The notes under the pieces are model-generated. The model was not told the origin of the DNA. It made no database searches and saw nothing but the letters and a program-made list of their open reading frames with translations. 64,000 nt of DNA from Dehalococcoidia bacterium UBA5760. Its GTDB lineage: Bacteria > Chloroflexota > Dehalococcoidia > Dehalococcoidales > UBA5760. The first letter of the stretch is position 1. Each line of letters starts with the position of its first letter. The stretch spans positions 21,891 through 85,890 of the forward strand of contig DIFA01000019.1 of NCBI GenBank assembly GCA_002418895.1, in the 5' to 3' direction. The translations under genes were made by a program, and so were the position numbers. Positions 36,705 through 47,190 of the stretch are shown here, piece after piece.

Positions 36705-39296
36705 ATGGCAAAAGAAGGACTAACTCCTATCCGGCGGCAGTACCTAAAGATAAAGCACGATTACCCCCAGGCTATTGTCCTCTTCCGGCTGGGAGATTTC
36801 TATGAGACCTTTGACAGCGACGCCGAGCTTACCTCCCGTGAGCTGGATATTGTCCTGACTTCAAGGGAGATGGGTAAGGGGCACCGGATACCCATGGCCG
36901 GTATTCCTCATCACGCCCTGGATAATTATCTGGCGAGGCTTATTAATCGTGGCTATAAGGTTGCTATATGTGAGCAGATTACCAAACCCGGCGATAGTAA
37001 AGGCATTGTTGAACGTGATGTGGTGCGGGTGGTAACACCGGGAACAGTCACTGAACCAGGCCTTCTCAATAGCCGAACCAATAACTATCTGGTTAGCCTT
37101 GTTCTGGATGATGAAGCAGCGGGTATTGCCTATGTTGATATCACCACCAGTGATTTTGCGGTCACCCAAACATCTCTTGAGCGGGTTAACGCCGAACTGG
37201 AGCGACTCAAGGCTTCAGAGATTATTACAGCGAACAGTTCTCAGCTATCCGGTCTAGAACTATCATTCCCGTTAAGCCGCCTTGAAGATTATTGGTTTGA
37301 AATTAATGAGGCCCGACAAACATTACTTAAGCACTTTGGAGTAGCCTCTCTTGACGGCTATGGATGCAGTCACCTCCCCCTGGCAGTGAGAGCTGCCGGA
37401 GCCATTATTAGCTACATTCGGGAAACGCAGAAGGGAGTTCTGGGACAGCTAACCCGGCTTACTACCTATTCGACAGATTCGTTCATGGCACTCGATGCAC
37501 AGACCCAGAGAAATCTGGAGCTGTTTCACTCTGGCCGAGAGCAGCGAACCGGCGGCTCTCTACTCTCGGTGATCGACCTGACCAGAACACCGATGGGGAG
37601 CCGACTGCTAAAGAGCTGGTTAGGGCAGCCTCTACTTGACATAACAGAGCTAACTAAGAGGCAAGACTTAATAACCTGGTTCTTCGATAACACATTGACT
37701 CGCAATCAGATAACTTCCTGGCTCGATAAGGTGGGTGACCTGGAACGGTTGATTAACCGGATCAGGAGTGATGTAACTACTCCCCGTGAGTTAATCAGCC
37801 TGAAGCAAGGTCTGGAGATTATTCCCCAGCTGATCGAAGTAATCGATGCTGATAATGAAGATAGCGCCATCGGATTACTCAGAAAAGAGCTCAGGCCCCG
37901 CCAGGATGTTATTGATTTAATTACAGAGGCAATAGAAGATCTACCACCATCTTCCTTAAGCGCCGGAGGCGTAGTACGAAAGGGATTCTCAGAGGAACTG
38001 GATAGCCTGCGTCTGGTAGCTAAGAATGCCAAGCAGTATCTGGCTAATCTAGAGCACCAAGAACGGGAGAAGACCGGGATCAAGTCGCTTAAGGTCGGAT
38101 TCAATAAGGTTTTTGGCTACTACATTGAGGTTTCTAAAGCTAACCTCAATCAGGTGCCACAGCATTACATTAGAAAGCAGACCCTGGTCGGTGGTGAACG
38201 TTTTTTCACCCCCGAACTAAAGGAATACGAGTCCCTGATTCTGAATACTCGTGACAGGATTAGTGAACTTGAAGCGGGTATCTTTCACCGAATATGCTGC
38301 CAGGTATCTACAGCCAGCGAGCGTATTCTAGCCGTCGCCAGCGTCCTGGCTAATCTTGATGTCTTCTCCAGTCTGGCCGAGGTGGCAGTAAATCACAGTT
38401 ATGTCCGACCAAGGTTGACCATGGACAGAGAAATAGTTATTAAGGGGGGACGTCACCCGGTAGTAGAGAGAGGAGTATCGACAAACAGCTTTGTACCAAA
38501 TGATACCTATCTCTCCAATAGTGATAACCAGCTTATCGTCCTTACCGGACCCAACATGTCCGGTAAGTCAACCTATTTGAGACAGGTTGCCTTAAGCGTT
38601 CTGTTAGCGCAGATAGGAAGCTTTATTCCTGCCGAATCCGCTACCGTCGGTCTGGTTGACCGTATATTTACCCGCATCGGCGCCGGAGAAGATATCGCCG
38701 CCGGTCAGTCAACCTTTATGGTAGAAATGGTGGAGACAGCCAACATCCTTAATAACGCCACACAGCGCTCGTTGATTATTCTGGATGAAATCGGGCGTGG
38801 TACCAGTACCTATGATGGACTTTCGATTGCCCGGGCGGTTTGTGAGTATATCCATAATAATTCCCGGTTGGGAGCTAAAACCATCTTCGCCACCCATTAC
38901 CATGAACTGGTAGAATTAGCCAGTGTTCTTCCCCGGGTAAAAAACTTCAACGTAGCGGTAACCGAGGAAGGCGGCAGGGTGATCTTCTTATACAAGATTG
39001 TACCGGGTGGGGTTGACAAAAGCTATGGTATCCATGTTGCACAACTGGCCGGCTTGCCCAAGCCGGTAGTGCAACGGGCTAATGAGATACTGAAGGAAAT
39101 GGAAGAAGGCAGCAGCAATAAGACAACAGCACGAGAAAGACCTGGGCGAAAGAAAGAGACAGCCCGGCAGACATCGTTCTTCGGGCCAAAATCGCCGGTG
39201 GCAGAAGAACTGGAAAGGCTTGACATAAATTCTCTGACACCGCTGGAGGCAATCAATAAGCTTTACGAATTGCAGAAGAAGGCGCGGGAAGGGTAG
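36705..39296 (+). CDS. mutS: DNA mismatch repair protein MutS
   Basis: TPIRRQYLKIKHDYP, a GDFYETF mismatch-binding motif, a GPNMSGKST Walker A motif and DEIGRGTSTYDG. Confidence 0.92.
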   Translation: MAKEGLTPIRRQYLKIKHDYPQAIVLFRLGDFYETFDSDAELTSRELDIVLTSREMGKGHRIPMAGIPHHALDNYLARLINRGYKVAICEQITKPGDSKGIVERDVVRVVTPGTVTEPGLLNSRTNNYLVSLVLDDEAAGIAYVDITTSDFAVTQTSLERVNAELERLKASEIITANSSQLSGLELSFPLSRLEDYWFEINEARQTLLKHFGVASLDGYGCSHLPLAVRAAGAIISYIRETQKGVLGQLTRLTTYSTDSFMALDAQTQRNLELFHSGREQRTGGSLLSVIDLTRTPMGSRLLKSWLGQPLLDITELTKRQDLITWFFDNTLTRNQITSWLDKVGDLERLINRIRSDVTTPRELISLKQGLEIIPQLIEVIDADNEDSAIGLLRKELRPRQDVIDLITEAIEDLPPSSLSAGGVVRKGFSEELDSLRLVAKNAKQYLANLEHQEREKTGIKSLKVGFNKVFGYYIEVSKANLNQVPQHYIRKQTLVGGERFFTPELKEYESLILNTRDRISELEAGIFHRICCQVSTASERILAVASVLANLDVFSSLAEVAVNHSYVRPRLTMDREIVIKGGRHPVVERGVSTNSFVPNDTYLSNSDNQLIVLTGPNMSGKSTYLRQVALSVLLAQIGSFIPAESATVGLVDRIFTRIGAGEDIAAGQSTFMVEMVETANILNNATQRSLIILDEIGRGTSTYDGLSIARAVCEYIHNNSRLGAKTIFATHYHELVELASVLPRVKNFNVAVTEEGGRVIFLYKIVPGGVDKSYGIHVAQLAGLPKPVVQRANEILKEMEEGSSNKTTARERPGRKKETARQTSFFGPKSPVAEELERLDINSLTPLEAINKLYELQKKAREG

Positions 39297-39433
39297 TGCG
39301 GCAGGCTATTACCAAAATAGATAGGCTCCGGTAAGGAAGCAGCGGGAATCTAATAGCTACCCGGTGCTGTCTGTTGTTAGTACATAATGGCATAGTATTA
39401 ATAAACTGAAAATATAGAAAGGGATATGAAAAG

Positions 39434-40216
39434 ATGGGAAGAGTAGATGATAAGGTTGCCCTGGTGACCGGTGGCGCCACCGGCCTCGGAGAAGCTGATG
39501 CCCGTTTGCTGGCTAATGAAGGAGCCAGTGTTATCATTACGACCAGAAAGAAGGTGGAGCAAGGACAGGCGGTGGTTGAAGAGATAAGAAAGGCAGGAGG
39601 AGAGGCTACTTTTCTTCAGCTTGATGTATCGAAAGAGGATGATTGGAAAAGGGTAATGAATGAAGTAGTCAAGAAATACGGTAAACTCAATATTATCGTC
39701 AATAATGCCGGGATTTCCGTGGTGAAGAATGTTGAAGAAACCTCCCTATCCGATTGGAATGCGGTAATGGACATTAATTCGACCGGAGTCTTCCTGGGGA
39801 CTAAATACGGAATTGAGACGATGAAGGATAGTGGCGAAGCTTGCTCGATAGTGAACATATCATCCGTTGAGGTACATATCAACGAGCCTGACTTTTTCGC
39901 CTATAATGCCGCTAAGGGTGCAGTGAGGAGCATTACCAGAACGGCAGCGATTCACTGTTGTGAAGCCGGGTATAACATCAGGGTCAATACCATCTACCCG
40001 GGCTACATCTACACCCCGATGCTTGACGGGGAGGCCAGAGACTACGGACTGACCAGCGCACAGTACATGGCACAGCTAGCCGAAAAATACTGCCCCATAG
40101 GTCATGTCGGGGAACCGATGGACATCGCCTATGCTGTCCTTTATCTCGCTTCCGATGAATCTAAATTCGTTACCGGGGCGGACTTTATCATCGATGGCGG
40201 CATCGCAGCAAAGTAA
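39434..40216 (+). CDS. SDR family oxidoreductase
   Basis: TGGATGLG cofactor motif, NNAG and YNAAK catalytic motifs. Confidence 0.85.
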   Translation: MGRVDDKVALVTGGATGLGEADARLLANEGASVIITTRKKVEQGQAVVEEIRKAGGEATFLQLDVSKEDDWKRVMNEVVKKYGKLNIIVNNAGISVVKNVEETSLSDWNAVMDINSTGVFLGTKYGIETMKDSGEACSIVNISSVEVHINEPDFFAYNAAKGAVRSITRTAAIHCCEAGYNIRVNTIYPGYIYTPMLDGEARDYGLTSAQYMAQLAEKYCPIGHVGEPMDIAYAVLYLASDESKFVTGADFIIDGGIAAK

Positions 40217-40238
40217 ACGGTAGCAGCGAAAACCGGGC

Positions 40239-41003
40239 CTAGTCTACGCTTTCGACTACGTAGTTTCTCAGGATCCCAACCTCGGCTATACGTATCTCTA
40301 TCACATCACCGGGGCTCATCGGCCCGATGCCGCTGGGAGTACCGGTGGCAATAACATCCCCGGGTAGCAGGGTCATAATACCGGATATAAAACTCACCAA
40401 CTCCGGGACGGAGAAAATTAAATCGCTGGTACTGCCTCTTTGCTTTGACTGACCGTTAAGATAGGTCTCAATGCAGATATTGCCGGGATCGAGCTCGGTC
40501 TCGATGCAGGGACCAACAGCAGCAAAGGTATCAAAACCTTTAGCCCGGGTCCACTGCCCGTCCTGTTTTTGAAGATCACGCGCGGTGACATCGTTAAAAC
40601 AGGTATAACCCAATACATATTCCAGGGCCTTTGCCGCCGCTACCTGACTTGCTGCGGCTTTCATCACTACGCCGAGTTCCCCTTCGTAATCAACCCTCTT
40701 TGAAGAACGAGGGTAGACGATTTTACCCTCGGGACCGATTACTGATGTCGACGGCTTCATAAAAAGCAGCGGGTTAGCCGGGACGGGCATTGCCAGCTCC
40801 CTGGCATGGCTGTAGTAGTTAAGCCCTATTGCCACTACCTTGGATGGCGAGCAGGGTGCCAGAAGTCGGACATCATTGATGTTATAGTAGCGGTCAGACG
40901 GCTCAAAACCGTCATAAGGATTACCGGAGACAGCTTGGACAACCTTCTCTTTCAGTATTCCGTATTCAGGCTTCCTGCCGGTAGCAAAACGGATGATTTT
41001 CAT
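40239..41003 (-). CDS. fumarylacetoacetate hydrolase (FAH) family protein
   Basis: Starts MKIIRFA, with DYEGELGVV and TGTPSG motifs. I chose the start at ATG 41003. Confidence 0.85.
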   Translation of the reverse strand: MKIIRFATGRKPEYGILKEKVVQAVSGNPYDGFEPSDRYYNINDVRLLAPCSPSKVVAIGLNYYSHARELAMPVPANPLLFMKPSTSVIGPEGKIVYPRSSKRVDYEGELGVVMKAAASQVAAAKALEYVLGYTCFNDVTARDLQKQDGQWTRAKGFDTFAAVGPCIETELDPGNICIETYLNGQSKQRGSTSDLIFSVPELVSFISGIMTLLPGDVIATGTPSGIGPMSPGDVIEIRIAEVGILRNYVVESVD

Positions 41004-41103
41004 TTTAACGTTGAGTTTACCAACCTTTCTTTTGGATTTCAAACCCTTCCAGTACCGGCAAAGACTCTCCCAGCAATTGCCGAATACAGCATAATAAGCC
41101 GAT

Positions 41104-41670
41104 TTAGGACAGGTGCGGCTTGCAGAGGATTTCCTTGACCTTAAGGTTGAAGAAATTATGGGAATTCACCGGCCTTAACAAGATAGCAGTATCGGCACCA
41201 TGGCCTGTGCCGCCGATAGAGATGACATCCTCATCGGTACGTACCAATCCGCTATCAGCCGCCATCAGGGCTATTTCACAGGCAACCTTCACTCCCTGTC
41301 CAAATACGCGCAGAGTATCGGCGATTATCATCCCCAGGACATAGGTATTATACTTATTACGCATCGCAGCACTCAGCCCGCCGAAGGCATGGGCCGTAGT
41401 CAGTATGACACCTTTCTTACTCTCAATGATCTGCCTGTTCTCTTCCTTGAATTCCTGACTGTCAGCTTCCCGCAGTCCGGTAACGTGGCTGACTACGATA
41501 ACCTCTACCTCCGTGATGACATCCATAGCCCGTACCGCAGTAGCACCGCTTGTCGATGCTACCAGGATTTTCTTAATATCCATCTCCTCCGCTCGCTTGC
41601 GAGCGATACAGAGAGTCGCCTCGGTAGTCTCGCTGCCAGGATGCTCAAAATATACGGCCCTTAATTCCAT
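41104..41670 (-). CDS. pyruvate kinase alpha/beta (C-terminal)-domain-like protein
   Basis: 188 aa. The pattern ILVASTSGATAVRAMD...VVSHVTG resembles standalone PK C-terminal domain proteins. Confidence 0.65.
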   Translation of the reverse strand: MELRAVYFEHPGSETTEATLCIARKRAEEMDIKKILVASTSGATAVRAMDVITEVEVIVVSHVTGLREADSQEFKEENRQIIESKKGVILTTAHAFGGLSAAMRNKYNTYVLGMIIADTLRVFGQGVKVACEIALMAADSGLVRTDEDVISIGGTGHGADTAILLRPVNSHNFFNLKVKEILCKPHLS

Positions 41671-41767
41671 TACCCGGTTGCACCCCCCTTTCTAATGTGC
41701 CGCAGTTACCCTATTATTCTATCATATCCCCGTTGCCTGACTATATCGACTATGGTATATTTATCTG

Positions 41768-42991
41768 ATGGACGGTGAGATTTCTTTCATAACATCGGGT
41801 ACGGTTACCACGCCCCAAGGCTTCCTAGCCGGGGCTACCTATGCCGGACTGAAAAAGAAGCAGGTAAAAGATATCCTCGATCTGGCTATTCTCTCTGCGG
41901 AATGTCCCTGCACTGGAGCGGCTCTATTCACTACTAACAGAGTCAAAGCAGCCCCGGTGGTTCTATCCCGGCAGCGTCTACAGTCAGGCAAAGTAGGGGC
42001 GGTAGTAGTAAACAGCGGCTGCGCCAACGCCTGTGTTGGTGAGGAAGGCATTAGGGATGCCGCCGAGATGGCAGATTTGGCTGCCCGGAATCTCGGGGTA
42101 TCCCCGGATACTGTTTTAGTTGCCAGTACCGGTGTAATCGGTAGACGACTACCGATGGATCTTATCAAAGCTGGCATCAAGCGTATTAAGGTCTCCAGAG
42201 ACGGCGGGCATGAGCTGGCACGGGCGATAATGACTACCGATACCGTTCCCAAGGAAGCAGCCGTAGCGGTCAGCAGTGACAACGGCAATTTTGTTATCGG
42301 TGGTGCGGTCAAGGGCTCGGGAATGCTTCACCCTAACCTGGCTACTTTCCTTTGTTTTTTGACTACCGATGCTCCCGTAGAGCCGGAATTACTCAAACAC
42401 GCTCTGCAAAAAGCGGCTGACGTTTCTTTCAATATGGTTTCTATTGATGGGGACACCAGCACCAATGATATGGCACTGATTATGGCTGACGGAATGGCGG
42501 ACGTCACAGGCACCATTTCGCCAGGGGATCACCAATCCGAGATTTTTCAAGAAGCCCTTAACCGAATCTGTATCCACCTGGCAAAGAGCATCGCCCGCGA
42601 CGGTGAGGGAGCAAACCGGCTTATTGAAATCAATGTTAGCGGAGCGGCCAGCTTTACCGACGCCAGACAGGTAGCCAGGACAATAGCAACATCGTCTTTA
42701 GTGAAAACAGCGGTACACGGCAAAGACCCTAACTGGGGCAGAATCCTGGCCGCGGCCGGTCGTAGCGGCGTTGAGATAGTAGAATCGAGGATCGGCCTAT
42801 CTATCGGGAATATCTGTCTGGTAAAAGCAGGCTGCCCGGTATCCTTTGATGAAGCGGAAGTAGCCAAGATAATGGGCAACAGCGAGGTAGTGATAAACCT
42901 GGATCTTAACCTGGGTAGATCTGAAGCCACTGCTTGGGGTTGTGACCTGTCCAAGGAATATGTCGCCATTAACAGCGAATACACGACTTGA
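41768..42991 (+). CDS. argJ: bifunctional ornithine acetyltransferase / N-acetylglutamate synthase
   Basis: 407 aa containing the autoproteolytic-site context PNLATFLCFLTTDA, and ending INSEYTT. Confidence 0.9.
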   Translation: MDGEISFITSGTVTTPQGFLAGATYAGLKKKQVKDILDLAILSAECPCTGAALFTTNRVKAAPVVLSRQRLQSGKVGAVVVNSGCANACVGEEGIRDAAEMADLAARNLGVSPDTVLVASTGVIGRRLPMDLIKAGIKRIKVSRDGGHELARAIMTTDTVPKEAAVAVSSDNGNFVIGGAVKGSGMLHPNLATFLCFLTTDAPVEPELLKHALQKAADVSFNMVSIDGDTSTNDMALIMADGMADVTGTISPGDHQSEIFQEALNRICIHLAKSIARDGEGANRLIEINVSGAASFTDARQVARTIATSSLVKTAVHGKDPNWGRILAAAGRSGVEIVESRIGLSIGNICLVKAGCPVSFDEAEVAKIMGNSEVVINLDLNLGRSEATAWGCDLSKEYVAINSEYTT

Positions 42992-43027
42992 GTTTTAGTT
43001 ACTCAAGACAGAAATAAGGGGTATCTA

Positions 43028-43816
43028 TTGAGCAGAGTTACCGTAATAAAGATTGGCGGGTCTACCTTAGGCAGTCATGATACTGCCCTGACTGATATCA
43101 TTGAGCTTCAGAAACAGGGCATATCATTGGTTATCGTGCATGGTGGTGCTAATGTGGTAACCGATTGGCTGAAGCAACAGGGAGTGACCACCAGTTTTAT
43201 CCGCGGCGAACGAGTAACCGATGAAACAGCCCTCAAAATGGTAGCTGCCGTACTCGGCGGCCTGGTCAATAAGGAGATTGTCGCTGCAATTAATAGCCAG
43301 GGTGGAAAGGCAGTCGGTATCAGCGGTATCGACGGAGCACTAATCCAGGGCAGAATCAGGAACAAAGAGATGGGGTACGTCGGTAATGTGGTCAAGGTAA
43401 ACACAGCTCTCCTGGATGCCCTGCTTGAATCCGGATTCGTTCCGGTGGTCTCACCTCTCAGCCTACACTCGTTTGACAGACCTGAGAATACCCCGTTAAT
43501 GCTTAATGTTAATGGCGATACCGTAGCCGGTGAAATTTCTGCTGCCATTGGTGCGGAAAGGCTTATTTTTCTCACCGATGTTGCCGGTATCAACGACAGT
43601 TCGGGCAGATTTATCCCGGCGCTGTCACCGCATGAAGCCGAGGCTTTACTGACTTCAGGGATAGCTTCAGGAGGAATGATTCCCAAGATTAAAGCCTGCT
43701 TGAGGGCTTTGTCCAATAGTTCGACTACCTGTATTATTATGGATGGCAGAAAGCCGCACGCTCTGCTCAAGCAAATCAACGGTGGTAGTAGCAGCACCAC
43801 GATAAAGGTTGTTTAG
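43028..43816 (+). CDS. argB: acetylglutamate kinase
   Basis: VIKIGGS, VHGGA and GGMIPKI amino-acid-kinase motifs. TTG start after AAGGGG. Confidence 0.9.
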   Translation: MSRVTVIKIGGSTLGSHDTALTDIIELQKQGISLVIVHGGANVVTDWLKQQGVTTSFIRGERVTDETALKMVAAVLGGLVNKEIVAAINSQGGKAVGISGIDGALIQGRIRNKEMGYVGNVVKVNTALLDALLESGFVPVVSPLSLHSFDRPENTPLMLNVNGDTVAGEISAAIGAERLIFLTDVAGINDSSGRFIPALSPHEAEALLTSGIASGGMIPKIKACLRALSNSSTTCIIMDGRKPHALLKQINGGSSSTTIKVV

Positions 43817-43821
43817 TTAAG

Positions 43822-45021
43822 ATGAATACTGAAATGAGCCACTGGCAGGAGCTTGAAAACAGGTACTTTATGCATACCGTAGAACGGACACCCCTGACCT
43901 TGATCAAGGGGAAAGGGGCATGGGTCTGGGATGAGAACGGCCGGAAGTACCTCGATTTCGTCGCCGGTTGGGCAGTTGACAGTCTGGGGCACTGTCATCC
44001 GGCAGTAACCAAAGCAGTGATTGAACAGGTACAGACACTTATCCATACCTCGAACCAGTTCTATACTATTCCCCAGGTACAACTGGCGGAGATCCTCGTT
44101 CAGCATAGTTGTCTGGACAAGGTCTTCTTCAGCAATAGCGGAGCCGAGGCTAATGAAGGCGCGGTGAAACTGGCCCGACGCTACGGGAAACGCTATCGAG
44201 ACGGGGCCTATGAAGTAATTACCGCCAGCAGCTCGTTTCATGGCCGTACGCTGGCTATGGTGGCTGCTACCGGCCAGGAAAAGCACCAGCAACCCTACCT
44301 CCCCCTACCGGATGGTTTCACTCATGTGGAGTATAATGACATCGAAGCGATAAAAGCGGCTACTGCGGAAAAAACTTGCGCTGTGATGCTGGAACTGGTG
44401 CAGGGTGAAGGTGGAGTAAATCTGCCCGATAAGGATTACCTTACTGCGGTGCGAGCCTGGTGTGATAAGCAGGGTATTCTTCTCATTCTGGATGAAGTCC
44501 AGACAGGTGTGGCCCGACTAGGGACGCTTTTTGCCTATGAGCAGTTTGGTATTGAACCTGATATAATGACACTAGCCAAGGGACTGGCCAGCGGTATTCC
44601 CATCGGAGCCACACTGGCTAAAGATAAGGTATCCGTATTCAGTCCCGGAGAGCATGGCTCTACCTTTGGCGGCAACCCGGTTGCTTGTGCCGCCGGTTGC
44701 GCGACACTGAAGTTTATTATCGAAAATGATATCGCCGGAAACGTCAGGGAGGTGGGGAACTATCTGGCGTCCGGACTGGAGAAGCTGAAACAGAAGTTTT
44801 CCTTTATTACTAATGTTCGGGGGCGTGGGCTACTATTAGCCATGGAGTTTAACAGTGATATTGCCCAGCCGGTGCTGCTGGCATGTCTTGACAAGGGGCT
44901 GTTGGTCAACCGGTTGAAGCCAAACACACTGCGTTTTATGCCTCCTCTAATCATCGGCAAAAGTGAGGTTGATGAAGCGCTGGGCATCCTGGAGCAGGTA
45001 CTGGCCGGTCGTATTGCTTAA
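43822..45021 (+). CDS. argD: acetylornithine aminotransferase
   Basis: Class-III aminotransferase with FSNSGAEANE, DEVQTG and the TLAKGL PLP lysine motif. Confidence 0.9.
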   Translation: MNTEMSHWQELENRYFMHTVERTPLTLIKGKGAWVWDENGRKYLDFVAGWAVDSLGHCHPAVTKAVIEQVQTLIHTSNQFYTIPQVQLAEILVQHSCLDKVFFSNSGAEANEGAVKLARRYGKRYRDGAYEVITASSSFHGRTLAMVAATGQEKHQQPYLPLPDGFTHVEYNDIEAIKAATAEKTCAVMLELVQGEGGVNLPDKDYLTAVRAWCDKQGILLILDEVQTGVARLGTLFAYEQFGIEPDIMTLAKGLASGIPIGATLAKDKVSVFSPGEHGSTFGGNPVACAAGCATLKFIIENDIAGNVREVGNYLASGLEKLKQKFSFITNVRGRGLLLAMEFNSDIAQPVLLACLDKGLLVNRLKPNTLRFMPPLIIGKSEVDEALGILEQVLAGRIA

Positions 45022-45036
45022 GAGCGGAGCTGTCCT

Positions 45037-45912
45037 ATGGACATCGATAAGATCATCAACGAGATAGAAGAGGGAAGAGGTTACGGCAGCGAGCAGTATG
45101 TTACCGTGGGCGGTATGAATATACGCTGCTCAGTGAGTGGCGATGGCCCTCCTCTTCTGTTGCTTCATGGCTTCGGAGAATTTCTGGAGACCTGGGACTT
45201 CAATTTCCACTTCTTGAGTGAGCACTGCCGGGTATATGCCATAGACCTGCCCGGGCACGGCCTGTCTGACAAGCCATACGTTGATTACAAGGTCTCTTTT
45301 TTTACTGACTTTGTGATCGGTTTTATGGATAATTTCGGGATTAACCATGCCAATATCATCGGGCACTCTTTCGGCGGCGCCATTGCCGCAAGTGTTGCCG
45401 CGAGCTTCCCGGAGAAGGTTGATAAGCTTGTCCTGGAATCCTGCTTCGGTTTGAGTAACGATATATCCCTGCTTCATAATCTGTGCAGTATGCCGGTAAT
45501 GGGTAGCGTCGATAGCACGGAACCTGCGGTGAGGTCTGCTCTGGAGCACAGGGTAAGGATGGAGTTCTATAATCCGGATTTCGTCGCCCGTGAGATAGCC
45601 GGAATGAGCTATCGGTTTATGCAGATGAAAGAGGCAAGACGGGTGATGCTGAACATTATGCATAACTGGGTAGGGATTAACGGCCTTAAGCCTGAGGTAG
45701 TCATGATAGACAAACTACACCTGATTAAATCACCTACTCTGTTCATCCATTGTGAGCAGGATAGGATCCACCCTGTCAATCTATCTCAAAAAGCTTATCG
45801 TCTCATTCCCAAAAGCAGCCTGAAGGTGTTCAACGAGTGCGGCCATTGCCCCCATATCGAGAAAGCCGCCCAGTTTAATGAAGAGGTACTAGCATTTCTG
45901 GAGCGGGGTTGA
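45037..45912 (+). CDS. alpha/beta hydrolase fold protein
   Basis: HGFGEF oxyanion region, GHSFGG nucleophile elbow and a C-terminal CGHCPHIE histidine motif. It is tightly packed between argD and argG. Confidence 0.8.
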   Translation: MDIDKIINEIEEGRGYGSEQYVTVGGMNIRCSVSGDGPPLLLLHGFGEFLETWDFNFHFLSEHCRVYAIDLPGHGLSDKPYVDYKVSFFTDFVIGFMDNFGINHANIIGHSFGGAIAASVAASFPEKVDKLVLESCFGLSNDISLLHNLCSMPVMGSVDSTEPAVRSALEHRVRMEFYNPDFVAREIAGMSYRFMQMKEARRVMLNIMHNWVGINGLKPEVVMIDKLHLIKSPTLFIHCEQDRIHPVNLSQKAYRLIPKSSLKVFNECGHCPHIEKAAQFNEEVLAFLERG

Positions 45913-45936
45913 TTTCACTACTTTTAATGGAGGTTT

Positions 45937-47136
45937 ATGATGTCAGGCAAAGTAGTATTAGCTTATAGCGGCGGGTTGGATACATCGGTAGCCATCAGAT
46001 GGCTCAAGGAGAAATACGATCTGGACGTGATCGCTGTCTGCATTGACGTCGGCAATGAGCGGGACTTTTCACTAATTCGACAGAAAGCGCTTGACATCGG
46101 TGCTATCAAGGTATCGGTAATAGATGCTAAGAAATCATACATCAGCGACTATGTTTTCCCTGCGTTGCAGGCTAACGCCATTTATGAAGGGCAGTATCCC
46201 CTGGCTACGGCTCTAGCCCGTCCTCTGATGGCCAAGCTGCTGGTAGAAGTGGCCCGTGAGGAAAACGCCCGGGCAGTGGCCCATGGCTGTACCGGTAAGG
46301 GAAATGACCAGGTAAGATTCGATGTAAGCTTTAACGCTCTGGCACCGGAACTCAAGATAATTGCCCCGGCCCGGGAATGGGGGATGACCCGCCAGCAGAC
46401 CATTAGCTATGCTCAAAGTCACGATATACCGGTGCCCATCACCGTAGCCAGTCCTTACTCAATCGATGAAAGCCTATGGGGCAAAGCTATCGAGTGTGGC
46501 GTACTTGATGACCCCTGGGCCGAGCCCCCCGAGGAGGCATTTACCTGGACAAAATCACCCGATGCAACCCCCGACGTGGCGGACTATGTCGAGATTGGTT
46601 TTGAAAGTGGCATTCCGGTCGCCATTGATGGTAAGAAGATGGATGGCGTCAGCCTGGTCAACCGATTGAACGAAGTGGCCGGGGAACATGGTATCGGCCG
46701 GATCGACCATGTGGAGAGCCGACTGGTGGGGATAAAATCAAGAGAAGTATACGAAGCACCGGCCGCGGTAGTACTGCTTCAGGCACACCTCGCTCTGGAA
46801 GTAATGACGCTATCCCGGGACCAATTGCGCTTCAAACAGAGGGTAGCTCAAGACTATGCCGACCTTATCTATAACGGCCTTTGGTTTACGGCACTACGCC
46901 AGGACTTAGATGCCTATATCCGGTCTTCCCAGCGGTTTGTCAGCGGCACGGTGAGATTGAAGCTGTTCAAAGGGTGCTGCCGCGTGGTCGGACGAAAGTC
47001 CCCGTTCTCGCTATATAAGCATAGTTTGGCCACCTATGATAAAGGTGACGAGTTTGACCACAGTGCCGCCGTCGGTTTTATCCACCTCTGGGGACTTCCG
47101 GCCAGGACTCAGGCGCAGGTACAGGATACCAAATAG
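45937..47136 (+). CDS. argG: argininosuccinate synthase
   Basis: AYSGGLDTS ATP-binding motif, AHGCTGKGNDQVRF, and WGMTR. Confidence 0.92.
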   Translation: MMSGKVVLAYSGGLDTSVAIRWLKEKYDLDVIAVCIDVGNERDFSLIRQKALDIGAIKVSVIDAKKSYISDYVFPALQANAIYEGQYPLATALARPLMAKLLVEVAREENARAVAHGCTGKGNDQVRFDVSFNALAPELKIIAPAREWGMTRQQTISYAQSHDIPVPITVASPYSIDESLWGKAIECGVLDDPWAEPPEEAFTWTKSPDATPDVADYVEIGFESGIPVAIDGKKMDGVSLVNRLNEVAGEHGIGRIDHVESRLVGIKSREVYEAPAAVVLLQAHLALEVMTLSRDQLRFKQRVAQDYADLIYNGLWFTALRQDLDAYIRSSQRFVSGTVRLKLFKGCCRVVGRKSPFSLYKHSLATYDKGDEFDHSAAVGFIHLWGLPARTQAQVQDTK

Positions 47137-47190
47137 CCGGAAGATTACCGGTATCGGTTAACATTATAGATTCAAACAGGGGGGAGAGAA

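Noticed and set aside
43108-43800. 230-aa minus-strand ORF; similar ORFs at 43813-44292, 45130-45663 and 41200-41664
   Set aside because: These are antisense shadows of argB, argD, the alpha/beta hydrolase and the PK-like gene. None has recognisable motifs.
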